A DNA stretch of 64,000 bases from Salpingoeca rosetta (lineage: Eukaryota > Protista > Choanoflagellata). Below, piece by piece: positions 21,861 to 34,259 of this stretch. The notes under the pieces were generated by a model, which saw nothing but the letters and a program-made list of their open reading frames with translations, did no database searches and was not told the origin of the DNA. The stretch spans positions 1,937,636 through 2,001,635 of the forward strand of contig JAWQFM010000004.1 in the NCBI GenBank assembly GCA_033442325.1, in the 5' to 3' direction. The stretch's first letter is position 1. The number at the start of each line of letters is the position of its first letter. The position numbers and the translations under genes are program-made.

Positions 21861-22270
21861 TGTGGGTGTTCATGCATACGGTTGTCGTTCGTGTGTAGGT
21901 GTCTGTCGTTTGTGCCACTGTCTACCCTGTGTACATGTGACTATCTTTCGTACGCGTGTCTATCATGCGTGCTTGCTCTCCCGCTTGCTTTGATATGCAA
22001 TGTACGTCCCTCCTTCCCTTGCATCGCTCACCCCCTTCTTTCTTTTCAACGCCCCCCCCCCCTACCCTCCAGGCCAACGTGATGCTTGAGTATGATGTGG
22101 CCGAGGCCAAGACCATCCTGCAGTCGCACATTGAGCAGGCGGAGAGCAAGCTGAAGGTGACGCTCGAGTCACTCGACTACGTGCGCGACCAGCAGACCAC
22201 GATGGAGGTCAACATGGCCCGCGTGTACAACTGGGACGTTGCCCGCCGCCGCAGGGATCGCCTGCCCTAA
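21067..22270 (+). CDS. VBP1: Prefoldin subunit 3 (VBP1), 4 exons
   Basis: GIRRAPFIEDV, YSRYKMIE, VCLWLG/ANVMLEYDVAEA, LDYVRDQQTTMEVNMARVYNWDV. Confidence 0.95.
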
Positions 22271-22566
22271 TGCACCACGGAGGATGTTGTTTGGTGTGCT
22301 TGTGTGTGTGTGTGTATGGGGGGGGGGGAGAGTTAGAGAGATGGTTGTGTGAAGGAAGAGAGGTGGAGCGCGTGGTGATTGTTTGAGTGTGTGCATGTGA
22401 TGTGTGGTGTGTGCTGTCTCTTAGTCTCCAATACACACTGAGGTTGCGTGCTTCACATCAGTCAATCATGTTGGAGCTGCAATAGTTTACTCGAGGTGTG
22501 TGGCCGGAAGGGGACGTTCACACAACGAGTGTCATTGCACATCGCCACGTTACGTCATAACCACGA

Positions 22567-24145
22567 TCACAGCTCGCCGCCCTGCATGCGTCTGAGCACA
22601 TGTTGTGGAATCTGCACTGGCCGCTGCTTACGCTGTTGCTGTTGCTGTTGTTGCTCTTGTTGCTCTTGTTGTCGTCTTCTCTCCTCCATCTCCACCTCTC
22701 GCTGCTGTCGCAATAGCCGCTCGTGTTCTGCCGCGTTTGCCCGCGCCTGCTCCGGTACCTGTGGCTGTGGTTGTGGCTGTGGTGGTGATGGTGGTGTGGA
22801 GTGCTCGGGTCCGAGCGTGTGCGGGCGGTGGAGGCCCCAGTCGCGACGGCAGTAGCTGTTGTCGGTGTTGATGACAGTGGTGGAGGTGCAAGGTGTGATC
22901 GGGGTCGAGCCGCCTTCCGCGCAGCGCCCAGTCCTCACCACAGCAGCAGACACAGCAGACAACGCAGGCGCAGCAGACAACGCAACACGTGCATGGCCAG
23001 GCACAGGGGACCACGCAACCACGATCACGACCACAGCAGCAACAACAACAGCAGCGGCGTGACAGGGAGCGGTTGCTTCAGTCGCCGTCGCGTCTGCCGG
23101 TGCACAAGTCGGCGAGGGCGAAACAGCGGGGCAGGGACACGGTGCAAGGAAAGAAGGGAGATGGTGGCAGGGGACGTGCACAGGTGCGATCAAGAGCACC
23201 TGTAGCTGTGGCAGTGGGGAGCAGGGGAGCAGGGGGACGAGGAAGAGAGAGGAGTGGTGTGCGTGTGGGCCATGGAAAAGTGAGGGGAAATGCAGTTAGT
23301 GGTGTCACTGGTGATGGTGATGGTGATGGTGATGGTGATGATGATGAGTGGATTCGCTGGTTTCTTCCCGCGCCGACGGAGGAGGAGCTGGCACACGTGC
23401 GCACACGCAAGGCTGGTGAAGTGTGATCCGGGTTGTGCATACGTGCGTGTGTGTGTGTGTGTGTGTGTGTGCGTGTGTGTGTGGTGGTGGTTGTCATGTG
23501 TGGTGAGATGGGTGGTTGTCATGTGTGGTGAGATGGTGTGGTGGTTGTCATGCAAGCCAGAGCCAGCCAGCCAGACAAATAAACACACCTGTGTGTCTTC
23601 TGTGATGAAGGTCGTGCTGGCGTTGAATCCGGGCAGGCCAGGTCCCGTGAACTGCAGGCAGTTGTTAGGGAACATGGCACACGTTGGTGGCGGGAAGGCG
23701 AGCGAGTTGCAAGCAGGTTTTGCATCTCCACCTAGACGCTGTTTCCTTTTCGCGCGCGTGTACGCATGTGGAACACACCAAAGGAATGCCCGCGACTTGC
23801 GTGAGGCCGTACTGCTGAAAGGCGGGGTTGGCGTCCTGGCAGAAGCCGTCGAAGTAGTCCAACAGCGCCGTCTCGGTTAACGGGCGGTGCGCACGCGCTT
23901 CCAGCTCCCTCGATAGCGCAGCCTCCAACTGCATGGCTACCGCCTGTCACAGAGTGACCACCGTGAGCGATGCCACGGGGCAAGAACGCGCCAAAGCAAC
24001 GCGCAACCTTCAGAGCATCCCTTGCACGCACCTCGCACACGTCGCAGTCGTGTGTGTGGGAGAGTTGCACGTCCTGTGCACTGCCTGCTTTAGAAACAAC
24101 AGCCGCACTGATCACGGTGAGCACAATCAACGCACTCACAGTCAT
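22567..24145 (-). CDS. ER-lumenal saposin-fold Canopy/MZB1-like protein; middle exon joins unresolved
   Basis: Signal peptide MTVSALIVLTVISAAVV; spliced CDVCE/AVAMQLEAAL; LTETALLDYFDGFC; FQQYGLTQVAGIPL/FTGPGL; downstream ORF ends MQGGEL-stop (xxEL). Confidence 0.7.
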
Positions 24146-24322
24146 TGTTGTTGTTGGTGGTGGTGGTGAAGGTGGTGTGAAATGGTTTGTGTGTGGGGTG
24201 GTTGCTTGCTTGACATGACAATACACGGGACGGTGGTTGATATGAATGTTTATTCTCTTGTTCATCACGCATGTGCGGCGTGCACACAAACCAAGGCACA
24301 CGAACCCGTGAACCTAAGCACA

Positions 24323-24366
<44 letters not shown>

Positions 24367-24643
24367 TCTCTCTCTCTCTCTTCTGTCCTGCTTGTCATGT
24401 ATACAGTTGCCTCCCTGCGACACGTGTAGGCGGGAGTGCACGCGTGAGAGAACGGGTGAGGGTGAGGGGTGTCGCCATACACACTTGTTGGCAATGACAT
24501 GAACATGCACGACCACGTATACATAGATAGACACACACACACGAACACACACACACGCACACACACAACCACAGACACGGACACAGACACAGATACACGA
24601 ACACACAAACACGCATGCGTACCGGATAACTTCTTGGTTGCCA

Positions 24644-25054
24644 TTACTTGAGGGACTTGAGGAAGTCTTCCTCTGAAGCGCCAAGGACGACGCCATCTGG
24701 GGTGACAAAGGGCTTTCCGTCCGCCGTCTTGACGTCCGGTCGGTACTGTACCGGCTGCACGTCGACGAGGTGGATGACCTTGTTCAACATGCCGTTGACC
24801 ACGGGCGTGTTCTTGTGAATGACGACGCTGTTCACACGCTTCAGCTCCAGTAAGCTCAGCGTGTCGCGCAAGGCCTGTGGGTGACCGATTGGGCTGCGCA
24901 CCAAGCGCACCGCGTGCAGCTTGTGCGCGCCAGTCGCTGCCGCCGCCGATGCTGTCGTTGCGGTTGTGGTTGTTGTGGTTGTTGCTGCGGTTGCTGCTGC
25001 CGTGGACGACGAAGCCATTCGGCGAAGCACGTGCTGCACTCTCGACATGGACAT
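24644..25054 (-). CDS. MRPL30: Mitochondrial ribosomal protein uL30m
   Basis: Presequence-like N-terminus; KLHAVRLVRSPIGHP...LELKRVNSVVIHKNTPVVNGMLNKVIHLVDV. Confidence 0.9.
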   Translation of the reverse strand: MSMSRVQHVLRRMASSSTAAATAATTTTTTTATTASAAAATGAHKLHAVRLVRSPIGHPQALRDTLSLLELKRVNSVVIHKNTPVVNGMLNKVIHLVDVQPVQYRPDVKTADGKPFVTPDGVVLGASEEDFLKSLK

Positions 25055-25288
25055 GGCGCTCTGTGTGGGGTGGTGTGTGCGTTGGTTGGTGCACGAGGAG
25101 CGATAAGCAGTGTTGTCTGTGTCTCTCTTGATAAGCGAGGTTGGTTGGATGTTTTGTGGAATTGCACGAAATCGTCAACACGTCTTGCTTCGTCGCCTGC
25201 TTGCCAACAAAGATGCACACCATTCACACCAACGCAAGTTTGAACGCAAACTGAGACAAGACAAGCAAGCAAGCAAGCAAGCAACAGG

Positions 25289-26489
25289 ATGGGGTGCAAC
25301 GGGTCCAAGGCAACGGCCGTGTCCAAGGAACAAGGAGGAGGGCAGCAGCAGCAGGAGCAACAACAACAGCAACAGCCTTCTTCTGCGCCCTCGCAAAGCC
25401 AGACTGCCAACGTCTTCATCGTATTTGTGCTTGGTGAGGTGTGATTTGTGTGTGTAATGTGTGTGTGTGTGTGCCGTGCGCGTCTGCATCTTCCAGCTCA
25501 CACATCACGTCTCACCCTCCCTCATTCCATCTCCGTCTCTCTCATCTTCCTCCACCTCTCTTCCCCAACACTGCAGGCGGACCTGGCTCTGGGAAGGGAA
25601 CGCAGTGCGCCAAGATTGCGGAGGAGTTTGGCTTCAAGCACGTGTCCACTGGCGACCTGTTCCGTGATGAGGTGAAGAAGGACAGCCCACGCGCGGAGAA
25701 GGTCAAGGAGATCATGAAGGAGGGCAAGCTCATCCCGACAGAGCTGACGCTGGAGATCCTGGCGGATGCCATGGAGAGCCTCGTGGCCGCGAGCGGAAGC
25801 GACATCAAGGTCCTCCTGGACGGGTTCCCGCGCGAAATCAGCCAAGTCCACGACTTTAAGAAGAAGGTCAGTGAGGGAGTAGGGAGTGGGGGATGGGAGT
25901 GTGGGGATGGGAGTGTGGGGTAGGGATGGGAGTGTGGGGTAGTTTGTGTGCGTGCGAGCGTGACGCCAACATGGCTGGCTCGGCGCTGTTCCCTTCCTCA
26001 AAAGTACGCTCACACACATGCGTACATGGACGCAACCTGTTGTGCAGTTTGAGCGGGACTGCAACTTTGCGTTGTACTTTGACGTGCCGGCGGAGGTGAT
26101 GAAGGACCGGTGCCTGAAGCGCGGGCAGTCGTCCGGGCGCAGCGATGACAACGAGGAGACCATCGCGCAGCGCGTCGAGACGTACTTCACAAAGTCAAAG
26201 CCCGTCGTCCACGTGAGTCGAGCGATGTGTGTGTGTGTGAGTGAGTGAGTGAGTGAGTGAGTGAGTGAGTGAGTGAGTGAGTGAGTGAGTGAGTGAGTGA
26301 GTGAGTGAGTGAGTGAGTGAGTGTGTGTGTGTGTGAATAGAAGCACCGTGCAGGAGCATGTTTGTGTCCGGCTTTCACCCCATTCTCATGAAGATCTTGC
26401 ACACACACACACGTGTATTTGTTGTATCCACCTAATTCACCCGCTTGGATGCTTCGCAGCACTTTGAGCAAGCCGGTCTTCTCAAGAGG
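25289..26489 (+). CDS. Adenylate/UMP-CMP kinase (AK1-like, short LID); 3' end not found before the gap at 26608-26707
   Basis: IVFVL/GGPGSGKGTQC, HVSTGDLFR, LLDGFPR, RGQSSGRSDDNEETI; N-terminus MGCNGS. Confidence 0.92.
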
Positions 26490-26707
26490 GTAAGTCAGCT
26501 TGATGTTGTGGACGGGTCGGAGAGGAAGACGCGCAGGGGAGGTTAAGAGCCATGCACGTGTTTGTGCTGAAGCGCAGTCCTGGTGTTGAGGTCTCTTCGT
26601 CTGCAATNNNNNNNNNNNNNNNNNNNNNNNNNNNNNNNNNNNNNNNNNNNNNNNNNNNNNNNNNNNNNNNNNNNNNNNNNNNNNNNNNNNNNNNNNNNNN
26701 NNNNNNN

Positions 26708-26848
<141 letters not shown>

Positions 26849-26884
26849 CAGAAGATTAGAAGCGACAAACGCCAAGCCAAGTGT

Positions 26885-28210
26885 TCAGCACCCAGGGTCA
26901 ATGACGAGAACGGACTCAGCGTAAGATGGGATGCCGTAGATGAGGCCGTTTGAACCGAGAACGCCATCCCACCACTTGGCAGTCCCAGCAAGGTCGTTGA
27001 TGGTTGTGGTGTCGGTGGTGTTGGTGGTTGAATCGAAGATGAGGACGGACCGCGAAAAATATGGGATGCCGATGATGTTGCCGTTGGGTGCAAGCACACC
27101 GCCAATCCATTTGTTTGAGGTCGTCGCATCTGCAACAACCAGCGTGCTGGTGGCGTTGGTGGCTGAGTCGATGACGAGTGTCCTTGCAGAGAAAGCTGGG
27201 ATGGTGTACATGAGGCCACTGCGCGCAAGAACGCCACCGTACCACTTGCTGGCTTCACTTGTGCCAAGGCGAGTAATGGTGGTGGAGTCCATCGTCAGGG
27301 ACTCTGGATTGATGATGAGGACAGAGGAAGCCAGCCTGGGAATGCAGTAGATGAGGCCGTTGTCTGCTTGCACGCCGCCATACCATTTATATGCCTGGCT
27401 TGACAGCCCAGAGAGTGTGGTGATGTCGGCTGTGTTGGTCTCGGGATCAATGATCAGCACAGAGGTTGCAAACAGTGGAATGCCAAAGATGAGGCCGTTG
27501 CTGGCCACAACGCCACTGTACCACTTGTCTCCTCCGGGTTCAAGGGAGTGGATACTCGATGTATCCTTGGTGTTGGTGGCTGGGTCGATTATGAGCACCG
27601 TCTCCCTTCTCGAAGGGAACATGTAAATGAAGCCGTTGTGCGCCAGAACAGCACCAGCCCATTTCCCGCCATTCAAGGCAAAGCCAGAGATTGTGGTTGT
27701 ATCAATGGTGTTGGTGCTGGGGTCAATGATGAGCACGGAAGGGGAGTTGTACGGTGCCGCGTAGATCAGGCCATTGTTGGCAAGTGCGCCCCCAAGCCAC
27801 TTTGCGCCTGCTGACCCCAGCTGGCCAAACGTCGTGGCACTTGGGAAACACACTTTGCCACGGACACGGTCGATCGCCGCCTGCTGGGCATTGATTGCGC
27901 TCTGTTGTGCGTCGATCGTGTTCTGCTGCGCATCAATTGTGTTCTGCTGCACTGACACGGTTCTCATCAGCGTGCTGAGGGTCTCGTGCACGTTCACACC
28001 ATTCACGAACACCGGCTGGTTCATTGGATCGCTCGTGTTGATGTGCAATGCGCCCGCGTCATCCTCCACCATCGTCACCTCTCCAACGACGCTGCTGATG
28101 AACGGCATCCAGCACACTGCCGCCGCCACCAGCAACACGGGGAGCAGCAGCACCATCCCACGTGCCTGCAGGCACCCCGTCGTTCTCACCATACAAGCAG
28201 AGAAGAACAA
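26885..28210 (-). CDS. Secreted coiled-coil + seven-repeat beta-propeller protein, copy A (intronless; start may be an internal Met)
   Basis: Hydrophobic leader, GEVTMVEDDAGALHINTSD..QPVFVNGVNV, QQNTIDA-type heptads, then 7 x KWxGGVLAxNGLIYxIPxxAxSVLIIDP (~45 aa), ends DPGC. Confidence 0.85.
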   Translation of the reverse strand: MFFSACMVRTTGCLQARGMVLLLPVLLVAAAVCWMPFISSVVGEVTMVEDDAGALHINTSDPMNQPVFVNGVNVHETLSTLMRTVSVQQNTIDAQQNTIDAQQSAINAQQAAIDRVRGKVCFPSATTFGQLGSAGAKWLGGALANNGLIYAAPYNSPSVLIIDPSTNTIDTTTISGFALNGGKWAGAVLAHNGFIYMFPSRRETVLIIDPATNTKDTSSIHSLEPGGDKWYSGVVASNGLIFGIPLFATSVLIIDPETNTADITTLSGLSSQAYKWYGGVQADNGLIYCIPRLASSVLIINPESLTMDSTTITRLGTSEASKWYGGVLARSGLMYTIPAFSARTLVIDSATNATSTLVVADATTSNKWIGGVLAPNGNIIGIPYFSRSVLIFDSTTNTTDTTTINDLAGTAKWWDGVLGSNGLIYGIPSYAESVLVIDPGC

Positions 28211-28700
28211 GGAGAAGAGGGGAACAGAAGGAGAAGTTCAGGGTGCCTCCTTCCTCCTTCCTCGTTCGTGGTGTCTGTTTGCAGGACAGGCGCAGCACCA
28301 AGAGAAGGAAGACAGGATTGGTTGGTTGCTGTTGTTTGTTTGTGGCGTTTTGGCTGGTTGTGGTTGTGGACGATTGTTGGGAATCGTGCATTGGATTTCC
28401 AGCCACACACAAACAAGTTCACTGTTGAGTGTGTTGTTGTTGTGGAAAGGAAGCACGTTGAAACGCATCCCTCCATCCATCCATCCCTCAGCCTTCCTTC
28501 CTTCCTTCAGCCTTCCTTCATCAGCTCATCACTGGACCAACAAGGACAGAGCACACACGGCACACGATGTCGGTGTCTTGCTGTGTTGCACCCACCACCA
28601 GCTTCATCACGCAGTGCAAAAGAAGGGCGTGAAATGAACACATGTCAAGGAGACAGGCAGTTGTGACCGAAGATGACCTGTTCATGCAAAGGTGCGTGCG
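26885..28700. repeat. ~1.8 kb direct repeat copy A (partner 36845-38640)
   Basis: Near-identical non-coding sequence 28190-28695 vs 38110-38638 plus paralogous ORFs; similarity ends just past the stop codon and at a plus-strand splice donor. Confidence 0.93.
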
Positions 28701-28897
28701 TGTGAGTGTGTGTCTGTGTGTGTGTGTCTGTGTGTGTGTGTCTGTGTGTGTGTCTGTGTGTGTGTGTGTCTGTGACTGCCTGTCTTTTGATCGTTCTCTC
28801 CCCATGCTCGATCCTGCGTCCCTTCCCATCTCCCCTCCACACACACACACACACACTCACTCACTCACTTGCCTGCAACGCTTCCTTCCTCGTCACA

Positions 28898-29951
28898 GAT
28901 CCGTGCAGCGTTGCAAGGCTGATGAATCGTACATGTTGACCCCCAACAAAAGCCACCGTTGCCGCCTACCTCACTTTCAACGACGTTGTCCGCATCGCCA
29001 AGGAGCAAAAGGTAATTGTGTGTGTGTGCGTGTGTGTGGTTGAGAAATATGCCTCTGCTGTGATCTACAACACTCATCATCACCTACATCCGCCCTCACC
29101 TCATGCCCATGCACGCACATCCCATTTGTGTTTTCAGGGTGGTTGAGATTGCCCCTGCCCCGCGCCTGCCCTCCGATGTCCGCCAACAGCCCTGCCAGGT
29201 TTGCCTCATGTGTATGTGCGTGTGCGCATGCGCTTGTGTTGCGGTCGCAACAAACGCACCTCACCTGTGATCTGACTCGTGTTCCTCTCCTCCCTCTCAC
29301 GTCTGCTGCTTCCCTTCCATTCCGTTCCTCCCACCCCCTCTCCTGCCCTCAGAATGCTGTTGCGATTGGCCACTCCCTCAACCACTGCAACGCCGGCACC
29401 GTCGAGTTCCTCGTGGACACACCCGATGGCCGGTGAGCCGGTGTGGTGTTGTGGTGTTGGGGGTGGAGATGTAGCTGTTGTGTTGTGTTGTGGTGCGTGC
29501 ATGCACTCGTTTGGTGTTGACAACCACAATCGCACCTGCCCCAACGCTCATGCCGATCACCCAACGTGCGCAATAATGTGATGCAGTCATAACTTCATGG
29601 AGGTGAACCCGCGCATCCAAGTCGCGGAGATGGTGAGCTGTGATGGTATGTTGAAGCAGCACTGTTGATGGTGCTTTGCCCGCTTTGACAGTTGTGGCGT
29701 GCTGGTCTGCTTCATTCCTCCCCACCTCACTGACACTTCCTCCATCATCTCCTCCCTCTCTCCCTCCTTTATTCTTCTCACCAAGTGACTACTGGCGTTG
29801 ACGTTGTGCAATCGCAGCTGAAGTTTGCTGGCGGCGCGACGCTGCAAGATGATTGAGCTCGAGCAGGACACAATCCCACCCTGCGGATTCAGCATCAAGG
29901 CGCGCATCACCACGAAGGACCCGCTCAACGACTTTTTGGCCCCGATACAGG
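28898..29951 (+). pseudogene. Pyruvate carboxylase biotin-carboxylase-domain fragment with introns, deletions and frameshifts
   Basis: RCKADESY, VAAYL..DVVRIAKE, VVEIAPAP, NAGTVEFLVD, FMEVNPRIQV, GVDVVQSQL, ARITTKDPLNDF in mixed frames; ATP-grasp middle missing. Confidence 0.85.
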
Positions 29952-30109
29952 TGCACATGCGCTTGCGTGCGTTGTTTGGGAATGGGAGAGAGAGGATTGA
30001 GAGAAGCTCATGCTTCCTCTTGGAAAGCGGGCACCAGTGGCGGGTGTAAAGTCCCAAAGGCACGACTGTTCTCCTTCTCAACACTCCTCACCCCCTCGTC
30101 ACCCATCAG

Positions 30110-33100
30110 CACCCACGACCATGCGCAGCGGTACGACCCATTCACCCGGCAGCCGGCAGTGGGCCACGAACCGGAGCCATACACAACAGCAGCACCACCA
30201 CCGGCACATGGTGAGGATGATGAGGCAGCACTTGGGCCGTTTGACGTGCTTGTGCACCACACGGGCATGCTTGAGCTGGTGCGCGCGCTCCTTGGCAAGC
30301 AGCAGGGCGTCATCAGCATCACGCCACTGGACGAACATCAGGGGCAGGTTGCCCGCGTCAGGTGAGCTGCTACTGACTGGTTGGAGGTGGTCGTGGTGAT
30401 GGGTGGGATGATAGTAACGTGGTAATGTTGTGGGTTTGTAACCGGTTGGGGAGGTATTCGTTGCATGCGAGGATCATGATGGAAATGACGACATGTGGTG
30501 GCGGGTAATGATGCGAGGATGCGGCAGTCAAGTACTCATCATGATTGTGCAGTTCCTCTCAACATCCCGCACCGATACACCCTCAACTCACTCAAACGCA
30601 CACACCCCAACACCCCAAACGTGCAGTTGTGCGACGCGTGACGTTGGCGAGCGCGTCCTGAGGGAGATGACTAACTTCCCGATTGGGCAGGTGCAGCTGA
30701 CGGCCCGCCGCGACCCGGACTGCCCCTCCTGGACGGCGGACGAGCTGTGGTCCGTGTGGGTCGAGCCCGTGTCCGAAGGTCTTGAGGAGGTGCTGCCCTC
30801 GCTCGCCAAGGCAAACGGCGGCTTCCACTCGCACACGTACAAGCCGGACGGTAACCGTTTCAGAGGCACATTCAGGTAGGCGATGTGTGCATTTGTGCAT
30901 GTGTGTGTGTGTGTGTGTGTGCGCGCGCATGCACAGATGCTCCGTCAACTCAATTCTGCTTGAGCACGCGTGCCCGTCCTTCAACCACGTCCTCAACCAA
31001 CCAAACAACCAACCCCTTCCCCTCACAACAGGTTTGTGTCACGGGAGAGCGCGGAGCTGATGGTCCGCCTGTACGACCAGCGAGAGGTGCTGGACACGAA
31101 GCTCAACGTGTTCCCAGACCCAAAGGCCAAAAACTGGAAGAGCAAAGGGCAAGGACTCCACGTCCTCCTCCCCTGCCTCGCCAACATCCATCACGCCAGC
31201 GCCTGTTGCGGGCCAGGCAAAGCGCATCACGTTCTACCTGACCGAGGCAGCAACGCAGCGTGACGGCAAGGGCCTGACTGCCGCCATGCCCTGGCCAACT
31301 GACATGTACGCAGCGTGCAGGCGACGCTGGAGCGCGCTGGCGTCAACTTCCAGTCGCTGCAGGTCTTCCCGGACCTGCGCTGTGCAAGCGTGGACGTGGT
31401 TGCCGACAGCGAGGAGGCGTTCCGGAGCCTGCTGCCTCTGCCCATTGACACAGCGGCGGGGCTTGTCGTCTGGAGGCGCGCCAGGCACCGCTGCACCGCA
31501 TTGTTGTCACGTGCACCCCGCACAGCAAGCCCACCACGGGCCGCGACATTGTGCAGGCGTTTGAGACGAACTTTGGCAGCACGGCGAAGCTTGTGCCCAT
31601 CCCGCAGTCCCTCAAGGACACGCTGTCCCACATCCAGCCGTTTGCCAACACGCGCTTGGCTGAACCAGAACAAGAACAAAGAGAAGAGCAGCAGCAGGGT
31701 GGAGGTGGCAGTGAGGCACACGATGCTGTTGCGATGCCAAATGCTGTGCACGACCCTCATCAGTACAAGAAAGACGGTGATGCTGGCAGCGACAGTAGCA
31801 AAAGCAGCGTCACGTCCCCTGAGACCACGCTGCAGCGCATGTTTGTGCTGGAGACAACAGACACGCGTGCGGCGCATGCGTGTGTCTGCATGATGCAGTT
31901 TGCCACCTCTGTCTCGCACAAGTTTGTGGCGCGGCTGTGCTACCCGAACGACGTGCACGTGGTGGTGCTCGACCCCAAGCTGGGCGGCCTCCTGTCGGAC
32001 CTCGTCGACGCATTCAACAAGCGCAGCGTGGCCAAAGACCTCGACGTGCTGGCGGCTGCAACCACAAATAACCGCAACTGCTTCACGGGCAGCACCGCCG
32101 TGCTGGTGTGGTCACAGGCCATGCTGCTTGCAAGCTTCCTCGCGCCCGCCTTCCACCCGTTTGCCCGCAGCGACCGCGTGCTGGGCGACGACAAGATCAT
32201 GGAGCACGTCCTCAACGACTACGGCTTCAAGCTCGTGCGCTTCCCGACGCTTGGCCTGCTGCCCTACGCCAGCACGGTGCACGGGGCCATGCGGGATGTG
32301 GAGTATGTGCGACCGCCGCCCGTCACCAGCACCCCACCCATCGCATCCCCCGTGGCACCCCAGCAGGCGCTTATACACACGCGCGACCTGGACGGCGCCA
32401 TGCTGCTGGAGTACTCGCTGTACTCCTTACTACCTGGACCAGGACAGGGAGCGCGGGCTCGGCTACATCAACAGCACCGTCGGCGCTCACATCAAGTCGC
32501 AGACGACGATCAGCGTCACGGGCATACAGTGCCGCTTCCTGGACTCGCAGCTGCTGGAGCTGGCCCGCAAGTTCCGCGTGTATGTGCGCAAGCCCAGCGC
32601 GGAGGACAGGGACGCATGCGCCTCAAGCGTGCGTCTCGAGCGTGCCCGTGACCGTGGAGGGCATGCAGCGGCAGCTGACGGCGTTTGACAACGCGGTGCA
32701 GGACACGCTCAAGGAGTACCTGCACCACGTGCTCGGGCTGCCGGTCATTGACACGTCGCACGTGCCGGAGATGTCCGAGGCGGACGTCACCTTCCTGAAG
32801 CGCAAGCTGTTCAACTACCTGACCAAGGCCAGCCGCACGCTGTGCCGCAAGCAAGGACGGCGTGGTGCGCTACGTTGCGCCACAGGACGTGATTGGCGCG
32901 CCCACTGAGCGCAATGTGTGGATGGATGGTGGCTGGCCGGCGCGATGTGATGCAGATGGTCATCCCGACGACGGAGTCGACGTTCCACACCATTGCCCAC
33001 ATCCGGCCCACGCGCTACGTGTGCCAGGCGCCCATGTCCGTGACCAAGGAGCTGGTTGCTGGACAGCGAGCTGAAGCGGCTGCGCAAGAAGGCATTGGTG

Positions 33101-34161
33101 CTGAAGGCGGTTATACCGCAAGCACGGGCGCTGCTTCTGCCACTTCTGCTGGCACTGCTTCTTCTGCTTCTGCCGCTGCTGGCGACGATGGCGTTGGCTC
33201 GAGTGAGCGGACAGCACACGCAGGAGGGGTATCACAACAGCGAGCGCAGGGCACGTACGACTCTGGCCGGGGTGACAGCCTGTCGACCTCAGTGCCCACG
33301 CAGCGCTTGGAGGTCCGCGCAAGGAAGTGGCGGCGGCGTCGGAGGTGCTGCTGACCACGTGCAAGAGGCTGTTCCCGGCCAAGGTGAAGCAGGCCGTGTG
33401 GGAGGTAGAGCCGTACCAGTAACACACCACCAGCGAGACGTTGCCCGCTGTGCAGCTGCATGCGGAGATTCGCGATGGAAGCATCAACAACGCCCGCGAC
33501 ATGAACGCCGAGAGGAGCGGGCCCCTGCGGTACAACGAGGCGCGCGTGACCACGTCCGGTGCGCTGGCCCTCTTGTCCAACATTGAGCACGTGCTGCATG
33601 TGGTTGCGCCAAACTTTGCGCCCGAGTTTGGCAACACGGTGACGCAGACGGCTGCGGACCTGAAGACGGCGTACCGCGCGCTGCCGACGACGGCGCGGGA
33701 CAACAACATTCGCTCGCTGGCCACATGCGCGCTCGGGTGCGGCGCCTTCCGCTGCTTGAGGTGATTGACGAGGTGGGCCGCGACGGTACGTTCTTCGACA
33801 CGATCCGCGTGACCATCATCACCAAGGACGTGAGCACGCTGTTGGCGTTTAAGCAGACGTTTGAGAAGTACTATGGCGAGAAGGTGGGCAGTGGGCTGTA
33901 TGAGGACCTGCAGCGCAGCGCACTGGATGCGCCGGCCGACGAGACGCCAGCTGACCCCATCCACACGTGGCTGTATACGGGGCCAACGTACACGGAGCCG
34001 CCCTCCAAGGCGGAGCTGGACAACAAGGCCGCGTGGAACGGGTTTACGCACGACGCGACGCTCCTGATTGAGAACGCCTTCAACAAGTACCGGGCTGCCA
34101 TCATCGCTGCCAAGCACAAGCGCAGCAATGCTGATGATGAAGATGTTGTTGTTGGCAATGG

Positions 34162-34196
<35 letters not shown>

Positions 34197-34221
34197 TTGG
34201 TAATGGTGATGATGGTGATGG

Positions 34222-34259
<38 letters not shown>

